A stretch of 64,000 bases of DNA. Origin: the human T2T-CHM13v2.0 reference genome, Homo sapiens. Both the position numbers and the translations under genes were made by a program. The stretch lies in assembly GCF_009914755.1 (NCBI RefSeq), contig NC_060932.1; one strand, given 5' to 3'. The notes under the pieces were generated by a model that saw nothing but the letters and a program-made list of their open reading frames with translations, had not been told where the DNA came from and made no database searches. Shown here piece by piece: positions 13,147 to 26,260 of the stretch. Every line of letters begins with the position of its first letter. Position 1 is the stretch's first letter.

Positions 13147-14281
13147 GAGGAGTTGAGAAGCCATCTCTACTGGGTAAGACACTTTTGGGGTCCCCACAGT
13201 GGTGCTCCAGAGCCCTGAAGAGTAACTAGGTATGTGGGTACCCCTGGGAAGAGCTGTGCTTTGGTTTCTGGGCAGCACTCCCTCCTCCTGGGACTTGCTC
13301 TTCTTCTAGGACTTTCTTTCCTCTGAGAGTTCTCATGCTGGCCACTGCAGCCCAGGTTTTGTGTACCTCCAGCAGGCCTCAGGTTCTGAAATACGATCCC
13401 TATCCCCCTGCCTAAAATAAAATTTGACTTTCCTGAGTCTACTCTTAACTGACTGCAGTAGAGGCATTGATCTGACAATGAAATTTATACTACAGTGTAA
13501 GTGACTGACCAAGAAGGGGCTTGGTGAGGTAATGCTTTAGCAGAAGGAATGAGTCTTGCTTGGTGAAAATTCAGACACACGGGCAGGCCAAGAGGAAAAG
13601 GTAAACTTTTTTCCCTGCCTAGAAGTAAAAACCCATTTTACTTGAGAGTTCAGCTGGCCCTTCTGGAAAGTTCTTATAGGCTCCCAGCAGATGTAGGAGA
13701 AGCAAGTGCCACTTAAAGGAAGTGGCAAAAAAATGTTTGGGGTGCAGCAGAGACTCACCCACCACACGCAAGAGTGTTGCTTTCCTGAGGCAAGGGATCC
13801 TCTGGCTGGGAGGACCCCAAGGGACCCTGGAGGACCAATGGTGGCCTTAGTGACAGAGGGAGGCCTAGAGTCCTGTCCTCGGCCCCCAGAGACTCCTCTT
13901 CCACTGCCACCACTCTTCTGCCTAATCTAGACAGCACCCCCTAGAAAGCAGCAGAGCCTCCCCCAACACACTCCCTGCACACAGTGGCTCGCAGGACCCT
14001 CAGGGTCCCAGAGGAGGCAGGCACAGTCCCTCACTTCCCTTCAGGCAGGATCTGCTCCTTCTGGGCCTGCATGTGGCTTGAAAAACAGCCCACAAGGTCC
14101 AGGGGCTGGTAAGCCCTGGCCTGAAGTTTGGGCCCCACATCTCGTCACAGCCTCAGAGGTGCTGTGCTGAGCCGGGGTGGCTGCCCCGGGGTCTCCTGAA
14201 GAGGCGCTTCCAGTGCCCACCTCCCTATGTGCCCAGGATGAGCCAGTTTCTGTTTAAAAGCCACATTTTCTCTTCCTTCAC

Positions 14282-14329
14282 CTGAAATTGGAAGACTTCT
14301 TTCACTCCCTGGGGTGTTAAGAGTGCCAT
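14282..14329 (-). CDS. C8orf74: C8orf74 exon 1 coding part (48 nt, MALLTPQGVKEVFQFQ)
   Basis: Strong Kozak GGGGCCATGG at 14329; phase-0 donor CAG|gtgaag at 14282/14281; joins exon 2 in frame. Confidence 0.92.
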
Positions 14330-14343
14330 GGCCCCTGCATCTG

Positions 14344-14356
14344 GTTGCCAGGAGAC
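14344..14356 (-). promoter_or_regulatory. RFX X-box just 5' of the C8orf74 ATG
   Basis: GTCTCCTGGCAAC (+ strand GTTGCCAGGAGAC) fits the X-box pattern GTYNCY-N-RGYAAC. Confidence 0.6.
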
Positions 14357-14571
14357 GGAGCCAGACTGACTCAGAGTTTCCGGAACCCTGGGGGTGGCCA
14401 GTGCCAGCTTTGTTAGGTCACGAATGGCTTCTCCCAGGCTTCTCTCCTCCCGGCCCCTCCTGCGATGTGCTGGGCCTGGTCACCTGCACCTGCTCAGGGA
14501 CAGGAACCCCCCCTTGCATCTCCCTCATAACCTGTTCTCCTTTAGGAAGTGAGCATTCTGAGGCTTCCCAT

Positions 14572-14573
<2 letters not shown>

Positions 14574-14608
<35 letters not shown>

Positions 14609-14697
14609 CACACATAGACACATGCACACACGGAGGCACACACATGTACACACACGTGCACACACACATGCATGCGCGCGCACACGCATGCACACAT
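14574..14697. repeat. (CA)n / (CACG/CATG) microsatellite
   Basis: Visible alternating purine-pyrimidine tract. Confidence 0.95.
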
Positions 14698-16129
14698 GCT
14701 GCCCGTCATCCTCATGTTCTTCTGACTGTAGCCTCATGCCTCCTGCCTGCCGACAGGTCGGGGTGTTTGTCTCCACGGAAAGGACTGCCCGGGCTTGCTG
14801 CCTCCACGTCCTCCCTGACTCCTCCTATTAGGGTCTGGCCTCCCCGACCTCCTCCACTGGCCAGTAGCATCCATGGCTCTGTTTCTGGTGTCATGACTTT
14901 GCTTTGGGGTAGAGCAAACAGTTCTTCAGGGGTGTCCCCAAGTGCAGTGCCCAAGCCCCTGAAGGCGGCGATTGGGAGGGGTTCGCTCCTTCTCCGGGCC
15001 AGCCTTGCTCTTCTCTGTCCTGGAAGTCACTGGCACCCACCGGTTGCCTGGGAGGCAAGTCCTTCCTTCCTCTGCCTCACTGCCCAGAGTCCCAGTGAGG
15101 AAAGCCTGGTCCTACTCGCCAGGGTTGGTGGGCAGCTGCCCAGGACCCCTGGCTCCCCAGGTCACCCCATTTCCCCAGGGGGTTGTCTTGGAAGAGGCTC
15201 TGGCCATCCTGAACCGTCATCCTCCTTCAGCCACGTGACTGCGTCAAGGACCCGCCCACCTTCCTCCCGTCGTGATGGTGATATTTCAGGGCCCTCACTG
15301 CCCTTCCTGGCCACCTAGTCTTCAATGACTTTATCCAACCACGTGACTTCAATGTCCATCCACAGAAAATGACTCACACATTTACGCAGTGGCGGTGTTC
15401 ACCCCTCTCTGTCTTGGAGTGTGCGACTCACCACACCTCTCCCCAAAGAACGGATACCTGCGGACCTGCGCCGCCTGTGGGGTGTCCAGGGGTCCTCGGG
15501 GGCTTCTGAGTGTTTGGGGTGTGTCGCTGGCAGGAGTCCTGATCCGGGGTCAGAAGGGGGTCTCCATGTCCAGGCTCCTCTGGCAGGGGCTGTCCTGAAT
15601 GCAGTGCTAGGTGTGTCCCCCAGGCTGACACCATGCCTTGGCCCTCAGGTGGAGCCCCTCACTCGAGTCCTTCCCAAGTCTGTGGCCCCGGGACCTCCCC
15701 AGGATGCAGCTGGGATGGGGCTCCATACCCCAAGGCTAGAGCCCCTTCTCATCCCGTGTCCTATCCTGCTCCATTTTCTCAGAGTCAGTATTAGTACAGC
15801 GCTTTTTGCTGCAATTGTCAGAGACTCAGCCTGACCTTAGGCCAAATGCGAATGTGCTGTCTCACATGACTGAGAAATCTCACGTCTGCTTAAGGTAGGC
15901 GGGGGCCAGGTGCTGGCACGGCGCTGTCAGGAACGCCTCCCTGACCCCTGGTTCTGCTTGCCTGTTGTTCATCCATTCTCAGGGTCCTCCCTAAATGCAC
16001 TTCTAAATCCCCCCACCTGGCCGACTCTTAACTGACACCACCAAACTCAGCCTCTACGAAAATTAGTTCTTCTGGAAAACCCTCCAGATCCCTCTTCAAC
16101 CCTGGCTGATCAGGTGCCCTCCACTGCTC

Positions 16130-16388
16130 AAGCCATGCAGTGGCATGATCATGGCTCACTGCAGCCTCCAACTCTTGGCCTCAAGTGATCCTCCTGCCTC
16201 AGCCTCCCGAGTGTCTGGGACTACCGGTGAACACCCACCACGCCTGGATAATTATTCTTAATATTTTTTTTGTAGAGATGGGGTCTCACTATGTTGCCCA
16301 GGCTGGTCCCAAACTCCTAGCCTCAAGCCATCCCCCTGCCTTGGCCTCCTGAAGCTCTTGGATTACAGGCGTGAGCCACCACACCTGA
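16130..16388 (-). mobile_element. AluJ, tail missing
   Basis: AluJ diagnostics ATCATGGCTCACTGCAGCCTC and TTTGTAGAGATGGGGTCTCACTATGTTGCCCAGGCTGG. Confidence 0.9.
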
Positions 16389-18422
16389 TGGACTGGACCT
16401 CATTCTTGACTCCTCACCCTCACTCCTTTCCAGCTGCCTTGAAGCTCTGGGAACTCTGCCTCCTAAACATTTATTGAGCCCATTCTCTTCTCTGAATCCC
16501 ATTGCTACCCCAAGTAGAGTTCATTCCCATTTCTTGCCACCCCCCCCAACCCCCACACCTACACCATCCATTCTCCACACTGTTGCCAGAGGTAACTAAA
16601 AAAATAAATCTAATTATGGACTGGCATTGTCAAGAGCACTTGCTAGGGTGCTGTTGTGTAGCATCGTTTTTCAGGAGGTGGTTACACTGGTGTATATATA
16701 TGTCTCACTTAAGATCTCTGAATTTTATGTATATTACACCTTCTCCCCTTTCTCTACACACACAAATACATGCGTATATGAAATTAGACTATGTCAATTT
16801 CTTGCATCCAAATCTTCCATGGCTGCTCATTCATAAGCCCCAAGGCCTTCATGTGGCTGTCCAGCCTCATGTGACCTTTTCTTCTCCGGCCCACACTGGC
16901 CTTGGCTTCACCCACACTCCCTCCAGGACTTTGCCTGCTGCCCTCTCTCCCTGGAATGCTCTTTCTTCCTCTGCTCTTCTAGATAACTCTTTCTGGCTTT
17001 TCATGTCTCAAGTTAATCATCCCTTTCTCAAGGAAACCTTTCCTGAGTCCCTGTCACATGCTCTTGTAGCATTAAATGCACCCCCAGTAGCACTTTGCAG
17101 GTTGTAATTTTTTCATTTCATGTAGATGATTGTTCTAATGCTGCTTTCTCCTAGATTGTAAGACAAAGAGGGCATTTTGTTTTATTTATGAATGTGTTAT
17201 TTACCACTGTACATACCTGGCACATAGTAGGCACAACTGTGTGTTGCATGGCTGTGTTCATTTCTATCATGGCTCTTATGACATTGCACCTTGTGTATTG
17301 ATTGAATGGTGGCTTCCCCCTTTAGCCTGCTGGTCCTGCGAGGGCATGGACAGTGTCTTAGTCACCTCTGGAGCCCTGGTGCCCACTGCAGGCCTGGATG
17401 GTGGCTGGGACTCAGTACAAGTTTACTGGTGAATAATCAAAAGAATCACAAAGTGACATTGATGGCAAAAACTGGTTACGGACAGAGCCCACCTATGTTC
17501 TTGACTCATTTTGGCCACATCCAATGTTCTCTTGCTAAAGAAACATGGACATTCTCAAATCTCTTCTGAGAGCCATGCAAAAGCCACATGGCATGGCAGG
17601 CTTGAGCTTAATGGCATTTGTGGTGTCTTTTCCCATTTATTGTGTGTGGGATGAATATTTGGATCTCAGTTTACCTATCCTAAAGGCCTGTTTGGTAATA
17701 AAAATGAAATAAAAGCCTCACAGAGTTACCAAACAGCAGTGAAGAGTGTTTTTCATTAGTAGATAGTTCTATTTCAAGAGCTTCAAATTCATTATGTCTT
17801 TTAATCCTTGCAACAGTTCTATAAGATGGATATAATTATTAACATTGCCATTTGATATAAGATGAAATTGAGCATAGATGCATTAAATATCTTGTGCAAA
17901 AATCACATAACTTAAGAATTGGCCATGCTATCAACACTGCTGCAGGATTCAGGAGTTTTCCAGGTAGGGCCTGACATTTAGGCTTCTAGTTAGTACAAAA
18001 GCAGAGTTTACTTCACCACTTGCTTCAAGCTACAAGAATCACCTCTACAATAGAGTTTTTGACTATTCTTGGTTGCATGCAAGATTTGACCATTATTTTT
18101 CCCTTTTTATTCTCTATCATCATTATCATCATCAGTATGGTTTTTATCATCTTCATTGTCATCATCATTGACCCCCTGCTAAGACATGAGCTTGGATGCT
18201 GGAAATATAAGAAGGTATATTGGTATGGTCACATTATCTAAAAGTAGTCCATCTGGAAGGGAGCACATAGATCCTTTCGCCGAAGCCCTCGACTTTTCTA
18301 GATAACAGAATGAGGTTCAGAGAAGAAAAGAGGGCATCAGTAGTCAGATATCAAGGTCAGGATTGGAACTGAAGCCTCTGATCTGATATTAGTGCTCCTT
18401 CATCTGCATCATGTTACCTGCC

Positions 18423-19241
18423 TGTGATGGTCAGTTGTATGTGTCAGTTTGGCTAGGCTGTAGTACCCGGGAATTTAATTAAACATGAGTCAAGATGTTG
18501 CTGTGAAGGTATTTTACAGATGTGGTAAACATCTATAATGAGTTGACTTTAAATTAAGGAAATTGCTCACAGTATTGTGAGTAAGGCTGAAGTCTTGAGG
18601 CAGAAATGTTTCCTTTTCAGGAAACCTCAATTTTTGCCAGCCCTTCAACAGATTGGAGGCCTTACAAAAATTGAGGTTTCCTGAAAAACAAATTTCTGCC
18701 TCAAAGGAGGCCTTAAAAAATTGAGGTTTCCTGAAAAAGAAACATTTCTGCCTCAAGATTGTTGCATCGACTACTCCCTGATCTTCCAGCCTGGAAGCCT
18801 GCCCTACAGATTTTGGACTTGCCAGCTAACGTGATCATATGAGCCAGTTCAATTCCTTAAAATAAATCTCCTAATTATCTGTTATCTATCTATCTACCTA
18901 CCTATCATTTATCATCTATCTACCTATCCATCATCTATCATCCATCTATATATCTGTTATCTACTCATCATCTATTATCTATCTACAGCCTATCTATCTA
19001 CCTATCTATCCATCAATTATCTATTATCTATTAATCATCTATCTATCATCTATCTTTCACCTATGTATATCATCTATCTAGCATCTAATATTCAATTAAC
19101 TATTATCTATCAATTATCCATCTATCTATCAATTATCTATCCCTCAATTAACTACTATCTATCAATCATCTATCTTTCTACAATCTATCAATCTATCCAT
19201 CCCACTGGGCTTTCTTCTCTGGAGAACCCTAGTTGATATAC
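18423..19241 (+). mobile_element. MLT2 (ERVL) LTR with an internal rearrangement and a (TCTA)n tract
   Basis: Starts TGTGATGGTCAGTTGTATGTGTCAG, contains GATGTTGCTGTGAAGGTATTTT and TTTTGGACTTGCCAGC, ends CTCTGGAGAACCCTAG; (TCTA)n at ~18876-19200. Confidence 0.8.
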
Positions 19242-19499
19242 TGCCCTAAGTGACTTATATGGCATAAGTAACTTTTTGTTTACAAGTAACATTTTGTTTA
19301 CAAATACAACATATTTAAATTTAAAGGAAATACATAAAATAATAAAAAAAATCCAAAAAACTATTTCTACCTACTAAGAATGACCAAGGAAAAGGTGAAA
19401 GCAGTCTAATAGGACAGTGGACAGATCAGCTGGGAGATGTCAGCTTATGGTATCAAGAGAACCTGAGTTTCTTTAGTGAAGATACAAAGAATGCTTATG

Positions 19500-19980
19500 T
19501 TCTCAAATATTTATTCTCTACTTTTGTCTTCCTAATGGACCCTGATATTTTGTGGAGGAGGGGCAGGTACAGCAATAGGGTCAGCCAAAAGCTATCTTCC
19601 TCAGCCTCTATTTTGGCTAGGAGTGGTCCAATGATAAAATTTCTCCCAATATAAGCAGAACTTCTTAGGTGGAACATCAGGAGAGATTTTTAGGAAGAGT
19701 ATTTCCAGCTGGGACACACAGTTTTGCCTTTTTTTCTCCTTCTCTTCCTACCTAGGACATGGGCACTATGACTGAGGCCTCAGCAAACATTTAGGATCAT
19801 AAGGGAAAAGACCAATCTAATGAGAGAAGACTTGCCCCTGACACCATGGGACACTGAGCCAATACCAGCAGTTACTATGCCTGGACTTCTCATCAGATGA
19901 CAAAAACAAACCCTTTCATGTTTAAGCCACCACACTTAAGTCATGGTACTCACAGCTCTAACATCTCCTAACTTATGACT
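19500..19980 (+). mobile_element. Old MaLR (MLT1-type) LTR, probably the 5' LTR
   Basis: MLT1 3' motifs CCTGGACTTCT...AAACAAACCCTTTCATGTTTAAGCCAC, followed directly by a tRNA-Leu primer-binding site; left boundary uncertain. Confidence 0.6.
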
Positions 19981-20009
19981 ATGGTACCAGGAGTGGGGTG
20001 CCATAAGTA
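19917..20009 (-). ncRNA. MIR4286: MIR4286 annotated precursor (mature ACCCCACUCCUGGUACC at 19983-19999)
   Basis: Exact match to the mature miR-4286 sequence as I recall it, at the expected place between C8orf74 and RP1L1. Whether it is a real miRNA is doubtful (see findings). Confidence 0.85.
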
Positions 20010-20300
20010 AAAGAAGCTAATACTTGACAGGGACTGAATGAAGAAGGTAGGTAAAGAAAAATTAATATATCAAACATTACAGACTAAAAGCTAGTGACCT
20101 TGTGATGCATTTGAAAACGTTCTTAAAAACTGTGTCTCCTGCTGTACCTTGGATCATGTACCACACACTAACCAAGGCTGTAGCATTGCAGAATATGGCA
20201 GGAAGAATCGAGATTGCTAGCAGTGAAGTTCAGAGACAGAGAAATAAATCTGAACTAGGGTGGGACAGTCTGCAAGCAGAAATAGATGCAAATACAGCCT

Positions 20301-20645
20301 TTCTTTCTTTCTTTCTTTCTTTCTCTCTTTCTTTCTCTTTCTCTCTTCTTTCTTTCTACAGGGTCTTGCTCTGTTGTCCAGGCTAGAGTGCAGTAGTGCA
20401 ATTATGGCTTACTGCAGCCTGAACCTCCTGGGCTCAAGCAATCCTCCTGCCTCAGCCTTCCATGTACCTGGAACCACACAAGAATAACACCAAACCTTGC
20501 TGATATTTTTTAATTTTCTGTTTTTTGTAGAGATGAGGTCTCACTTTGTTGCTTAGGCTGGTCTGGAGCTCCTGGGCTCAAGTGATCCTCCCACCTCAGC
20601 CTCCCAAAGTGTTGAAATTACAAGCATGAGCTACCACGCCTGGCC
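20301..20645 (-). mobile_element. AluJ with a TC-rich tail
   Basis: Antisense Alu dimer with J diagnostics. Confidence 0.9.
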
Positions 20646-20744
20646 AAATACCGCTTTTCTAGAAGACACATCCTCTACCTGTGATCTGTAATCTATATTG
20701 AATGAGATCACTGCAATTTTTGTTGTTCATATGTTTATTTAAGA

Positions 20745-21240
20745 TGATTTTTTAAAATTGTGACAAAATAAACATAGCATAAAATGTACCATTTAAACCA
20801 TTTTACATGTACAGTATTATAGCATTAAATACATTCACATTGTTGTGCAACCATCACCATCACCCATCTTCAGAACTCTTTATTTTCCCAAACTGAAACT
20901 CTGTATGCATTGAACACTAACTCCCAGTTCTCTGGCAATCCCCATTTTACTTTCTGTCCGTATGAATTTGACTACACCAGGGACCTCATATAAGTGAGCG
21001 CTTGCAGTACTCACACATCATGCAGCATTTGTCCTTTTGTGACTGGCTTATTTCACTTAGTATAATGTCTTCAAGGTTCATCCATGCTGTGGCGTGTGTC
21101 AGAATTGTCTACTTTTTAAAGGTTGAATGATATTCCATTGTATGTATTTACCACATTATCCACCTCTCCATCAATGGACACTTGGGTTGCTTCCACCTTT
21201 TAGCTATTGTGCATAAGCTGCTATGAACCTAAGTGTACAG
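20745..21240 (-). mobile_element. L1MB-like 3' fragment
   Basis: CATTAAATACATTCACATTGTTGTGCAACCATCACC and TTTGTCCTTTTGTGACTGGCTTATTTCACTTAG. Confidence 0.85.
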
Positions 21241-21929
21241 ACGAGAACACTACAATATGGAGTCCTGCAGGATCGATGCAACCCAAGTGCTTCTATACCC
21301 CAAATTAAAGAATTTATAAGTAGTGATTTCAAAATGGCAGCCACAGTGGGATAAACGGCCTATCTCATCAGACAAAGCAATGGTCTCCTGGCAAAGACAG
21401 GCTTTAACCTTCTAGCTGGAGCTTATAGGTTTAGAAATTACCTCAAGTTGGTAGCTATATTTTAAGTGCTAGGGAATGGGGGATTGCACAGTGGCTATGT
21501 CCAATAAGTAAAAGACAAGTAGCTTCAGCCCTAAAAATTATGCCTGGATAAGATCTTTGGTTCCATGTGTTACTTGCATGAAATCAACTGGAAGCAATTA
21601 CAACTAAAGTGAACTAAGTTTTGAGAAAACCATTTCACTATAGAAAACCCAACTTGACCTGCAACATCCTTTAACTCTTAAATCTCTGAAACTATTTGAG
21701 AACCTCGAAACCCAAATGAATAACAGGTAAGCTTTAAAAGCTGTGCATTTATGAAGAAGGTTATCCTCCCAAACACTCTTCTGAGACAAAGCTAGGCAGA
21801 CCAAGCTAGCTTAATAATAGACCAAGAGGAACCTTCCAGAGAAAAAGCAATGGAGGACTAATGCTTAAGGGAGATTCACCCGGAAGCTGGAGCAAAATCG
21901 GCCAGGTTGGTTTTAACCAAAGAATGTAA

Positions 21930-22347
<418 letters not shown>

Positions 22348-22574
22348 TGAAGGAAGTTTTTACTGCAGTTCCCTTCCTTTTCTGCCATTATGTATGGGAT
22401 GTGCTAGGGGCAAACTCTTCGAGTTTGACTGTTTATAACTTACAAGGACCACATCTAGACTTGATAGAGAGGACAGCCTTCCCAGAGACCCTGTCTATCC
22501 CTTAGTGGAAGGGCCAATTGTAGGTGAATATGAAAAAGATGTTTATGGCTGAAGGGTCACTCCAGGGGGTGGAT

Positions 22575-23020
22575 TGTGGCGGACATTGCTTGTGATCTGT
22601 CCAGTATTATTCTCTCCTAGTACTTTTACAAGAGAATTCCTATTTTTGGGGGGTGCCAACAGCAATGTACACTGTTAAAAAAAATGACATTTTGGTGCCT
22701 CCCTTGCAGATTGGATCAGTCATGTGACATGATCCTTGACAGCTTTTCTGGGCTTTGGGAAGCCCATTTACCCTTTATGCCTTTCTTTCCTCCAGCAGGG
22801 AATGTTTATCCATCCAGCAGGGATGATTGCTGGAGCTCTGGCAGTCATGTTGCAAGCACATGAATGGGCATCCCATCCCGGGGTCCCTGGAGAGAGCCAA
22901 CGCTTGCTGCACCAGTCACTGATTCCTAACTCTTGGACTTTCTGTGATGTATGAGAAGGAAACACCCATATTTGAGTTAAGCTGCTGTCGCTTGCGCTTA
23001 GAGTTCCACATAGCTGCACT
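22575..23020 (+). mobile_element. Old MaLR (MLT1-type) LTR, possible 3' LTR
   Basis: G-rich PPT-like CCAGGGGGTGGAT followed by TGTGG; MLT1-like CCTCCCTTGCAG...CATGTGAC and TGGACTTTCTG...TGAGAAGGAAACACCC. Confidence 0.5.
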
Positions 23021-25879
23021 AGGTGCTATAGGCTTGAATTGCTGAGGCTCAGGTTGGGTCAAATGAGGTTGTGAGGTGGACCAGGCAGCGAGGGGCTGCC
23101 GTTCACAGAAGTAAAGTGATTTGCCAGAGCCAGGAAGTGGGGGTGTTGAGGCCTCAGGATGTCTCCTTTTGTCACCCATGTGAGCTGCACCTCCTACTTC
23201 CTCTCAGGTCCCTGAGAAAGGGACAGTCAGGCCGTCATCTTGTGAGACTTTTCCAGGACGGGGGGTGGGTGGGAGCATGGGGGTGGGGGCTGGGAAGCTT
23301 TCTCATCCACATAAAAGGAACTCCATCAAGGACAAATCATCGTGATGAAACTCGAGTCTACCCCATGGTGGACAGTTTCTCAGAACATCAGTTTGGGCTT
23401 GTGAGCTCGCAGCCTGTTAGACAGATCGGCAACCTTCATTTCCCTGGGGAAGTAGCAGCCAGAACATAGGCCTTGCTCCCAGGTTACCATAAGCGCAGGC
23501 CCCTGGAGATGGCAAGGGGAAGATAAACCGTCCAGAAAGGCCCTTTTCAAGACACGGTCAACCTAAGCATGCTTCAAAGCAGTCGTTCATTCATTCATTC
23601 ACTCAACAAATGTTTACTGACCCCTTAACAGTAGCCACACTGCTAAGAGCATGAGCTACAGAGATGGCCTGTGAGGGCTTATATGATGCTGCCGTGACTT
23701 CCGGCACCATCTGGCGAGATCTGCTCTGCTGAATCCCCACTGCTGGGCTTTCCATGCCTCGGGCATGCTCCTCCTCACGCATTTGTGCCTTTTTCTTCTG
23801 TCCAGAATGCTGGTGCCTGCTTGGCCAGCTCACTTTGGCCAGGCCTTCATCTAATGTCACATCCTCGGATTGCATCCTCTGAGCATGCCTCTGCAACAGC
23901 TCCCCCTCCTCTCACCTCCCTACCCAGCTTCATCCTCCTCCCCGGCAGGTTACCCCTTACCTTGGACTGGTTTACTATGTGTCTGTCTTCCCCACTAGGA
24001 TGTTACTTAGGACAGCAGGGGCCTGGCTTTCTCCCTGTGGGGACCTGTGCCCAGAGCAGTGCCTGGCATGGAGTTGACCCTTCCAATGTATTTGTTGAAT
24101 GAAAGCACCCAGGTGGGGTGTCCAGAGCTCCCAGGACAGGGGAGGAGTACACCATGTCACCAGCCTGCACCTGGAATGTGAAGACAGAACCCTCAGGGGA
24201 CTGGGATGGAGGAAAGGCGGGCCCTGACCCAGATGTGACCACTGGCTGCAAAAGGTGACTGCACCGGAGATAGAGCACGACTAACTGGGGATTGAGGGTC
24301 TGGCAGAGAGAGAGGAGATGAGCTGCCTGGGGCCAGCTGGGGATCTCTCTGCCCCGAGTCAGGGGAAGCGGGAGGGTGATGGGACCAACCATGAGGTGGG
24401 CAAAGAGGTGGGCGGTGGGGGGAGGTTGAGAAGAGCCATCCCTAGCACCACCCTAACTTTAGTGTGGGAAAGTGCAATGTGGAAGTGAGCTTTAGCTCTG
24501 GGGCATGCCCCCTGGGGAGAGTCTTTTGTTTTTAATAGTTTCTTTTTAATAGCTTGTTTTAATAGCTTTGGTTTTTAGTTTGTTTTTAATAGCTTCTTTG
24601 GTTGTGGAAGGATGGCTGTGGGCGATTCCTGGAGTCAGTGCTGGCTCAGGGCTCTATGTAAGAAGGGGCGAGCCTTCAATATCTGGACAAAAGTAGCTTC
24701 TCCAGCCAGGAAGGAGGTAGAGAAGTCACGTGGACAGCCAACACCGTCTGCCACAGTGGCATCGACCTTCTGCCCGGGGATAAGGAAATGTTGGCTGGAA
24801 AAGAGATGTGGCAGGACACTAGATGGGTAGGAAAGGTGGAGGATTAGGGCTCTTCGTGAAGAGGTTGGAGGCAAGAGTGAAGTGGGGGCAGTAGGGAGTT
24901 CCAGGGGAGATGCCACCAGGACACTCCTTCATGCAAGGAGGGTTGAGCCCGAAGGCTTGGTGTGCAGGGCTGCATACTGGTCACCCTCAAAAGTCCTCCC
25001 TTGCAGGCCTGTGAGCTAACCCCTGCTGCCTTTCCTAACCCCAACAGATGATAGATGAGAAATTGGCCGCAGTAAACCAGACTTGGGTCTCACTAGGTGT
25101 AAGCATTAACCCCCAAATGCCCTCATGGATCTGCGGAGAGATGCCAAGTTCCCTATCCAGTAAGACGGGGCTGGAGCCTGTTTACCTGAATCTCTGAAAA
25201 GAGAGAGACCTCAGTCTGATTTTCACTTTACGAGAGAGCAGAGATGATGTCATTGTGGAGGTGGGGGCAGGGGTGGATCTGCAGAGGTTTGGAAGTGCAT
25301 CTGTAGAGAACAGGACACCCGTGATTCCAAGAGTGGTCCTGCAGTACTCAGACCCATGTGGAAACTTAATTTCATCAAAGCCTGTCCTCTGTCTGCCTGG
25401 GAGGGCTGGCACACTGGCTGGAGGAGTTCCGGTCAAGGCCTCTCCTGGAGGGGAGGCTGTGGCTGGGAGGTCAGAGGCTGGGGAGGGTTGGTCTGAAGCA
25501 GCCTTTGGAAAGGAGGGAGCGATCTTGGGAGCCTGAGAGGTGAAAGGAAGAATTGGAGACCCCAGAACTTCAGCCCGTGAGAGCACTGCGTGTTTATTTG
25601 GTATCTCCTGTGCCTAGAACAGTGTCAGACACATAACGAAAAACCAGATCCATATTTGTTGAATTAATGAAAGAAAGAAGCCCCTGATGGTAGTAATTTG
25701 GCCAGCAACAGCCCTGGGGGTTTACCAGTTTACAACCGGTCGGGCACTTTGGAAATGAGCCCAGGTTCTCGAGTCCTTCCTTATCTGTGGTTCTGTTGAA
25801 AGGGGAGAGCTGAGCTGCTGGGGACTGTGGGAGTCGCACAAAAGCTGGGAGGACGGGGCCCTGAGTATGTGAATTCATG

Positions 25880-26260
25880 GTGTGAAGGGGGAATCAGGTC
25901 CTCCCAAACTTACAAGTTGGAGTCCTAACCCCCCGTTCCTCGGAATGTGACTGTATTTGGAGATAGAGTCTTTAACGAAGTAAATAAGGTAAAATCAGGT
26001 CGTATGAGAAGGGCCCTAATCCCATAGGACTGATGTCCTTACAGAGAGAGGAGATTAGGAAACAGACACTCACAGGACAGCCATGTGAGTACACAGGGTG
26101 AAGACGGCCATCTACAGGCCAGGAGCGGGGTCCCCAGAGAAACCAGCGTTGCCAACACCCTCCACTCGGACTTCCAGACTCCAGAACTGTGAGGAAATAT
26201 GTTTGTGCAATCTAAGCCCCCGGTCTGTGGTCCTGTGTTATGGAAGCTGAAGCCGACTAC
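25880..26260 (+). mobile_element. MaLR solo LTR (MLT1A/B-like)
   Basis: GAATGTGACTGTATTTGGAGATAGAGTCTTT, GGGCCCTAATCC, GGACTTCCAGACTCCAGAACTGTGAG. Confidence 0.85.

Noticed and set aside
12381-13278. Several long repetitive ORFs (GCDMGAA..., PISHPAA...) and a CRISPR-like periodic look
   Set aside because: These are translations of a 21-bp VNTR in multiple frames. There are no unique spacers, and the DNA is human.
14314-15318. 334-aa + strand ORF, the longest in the track
   Set aside because: Non-ATG start, runs through a (CA)n tract, low-complexity Pro/Ser/Gly content, no recognisable homology; it lies antisense across the C8orf74 promoter.
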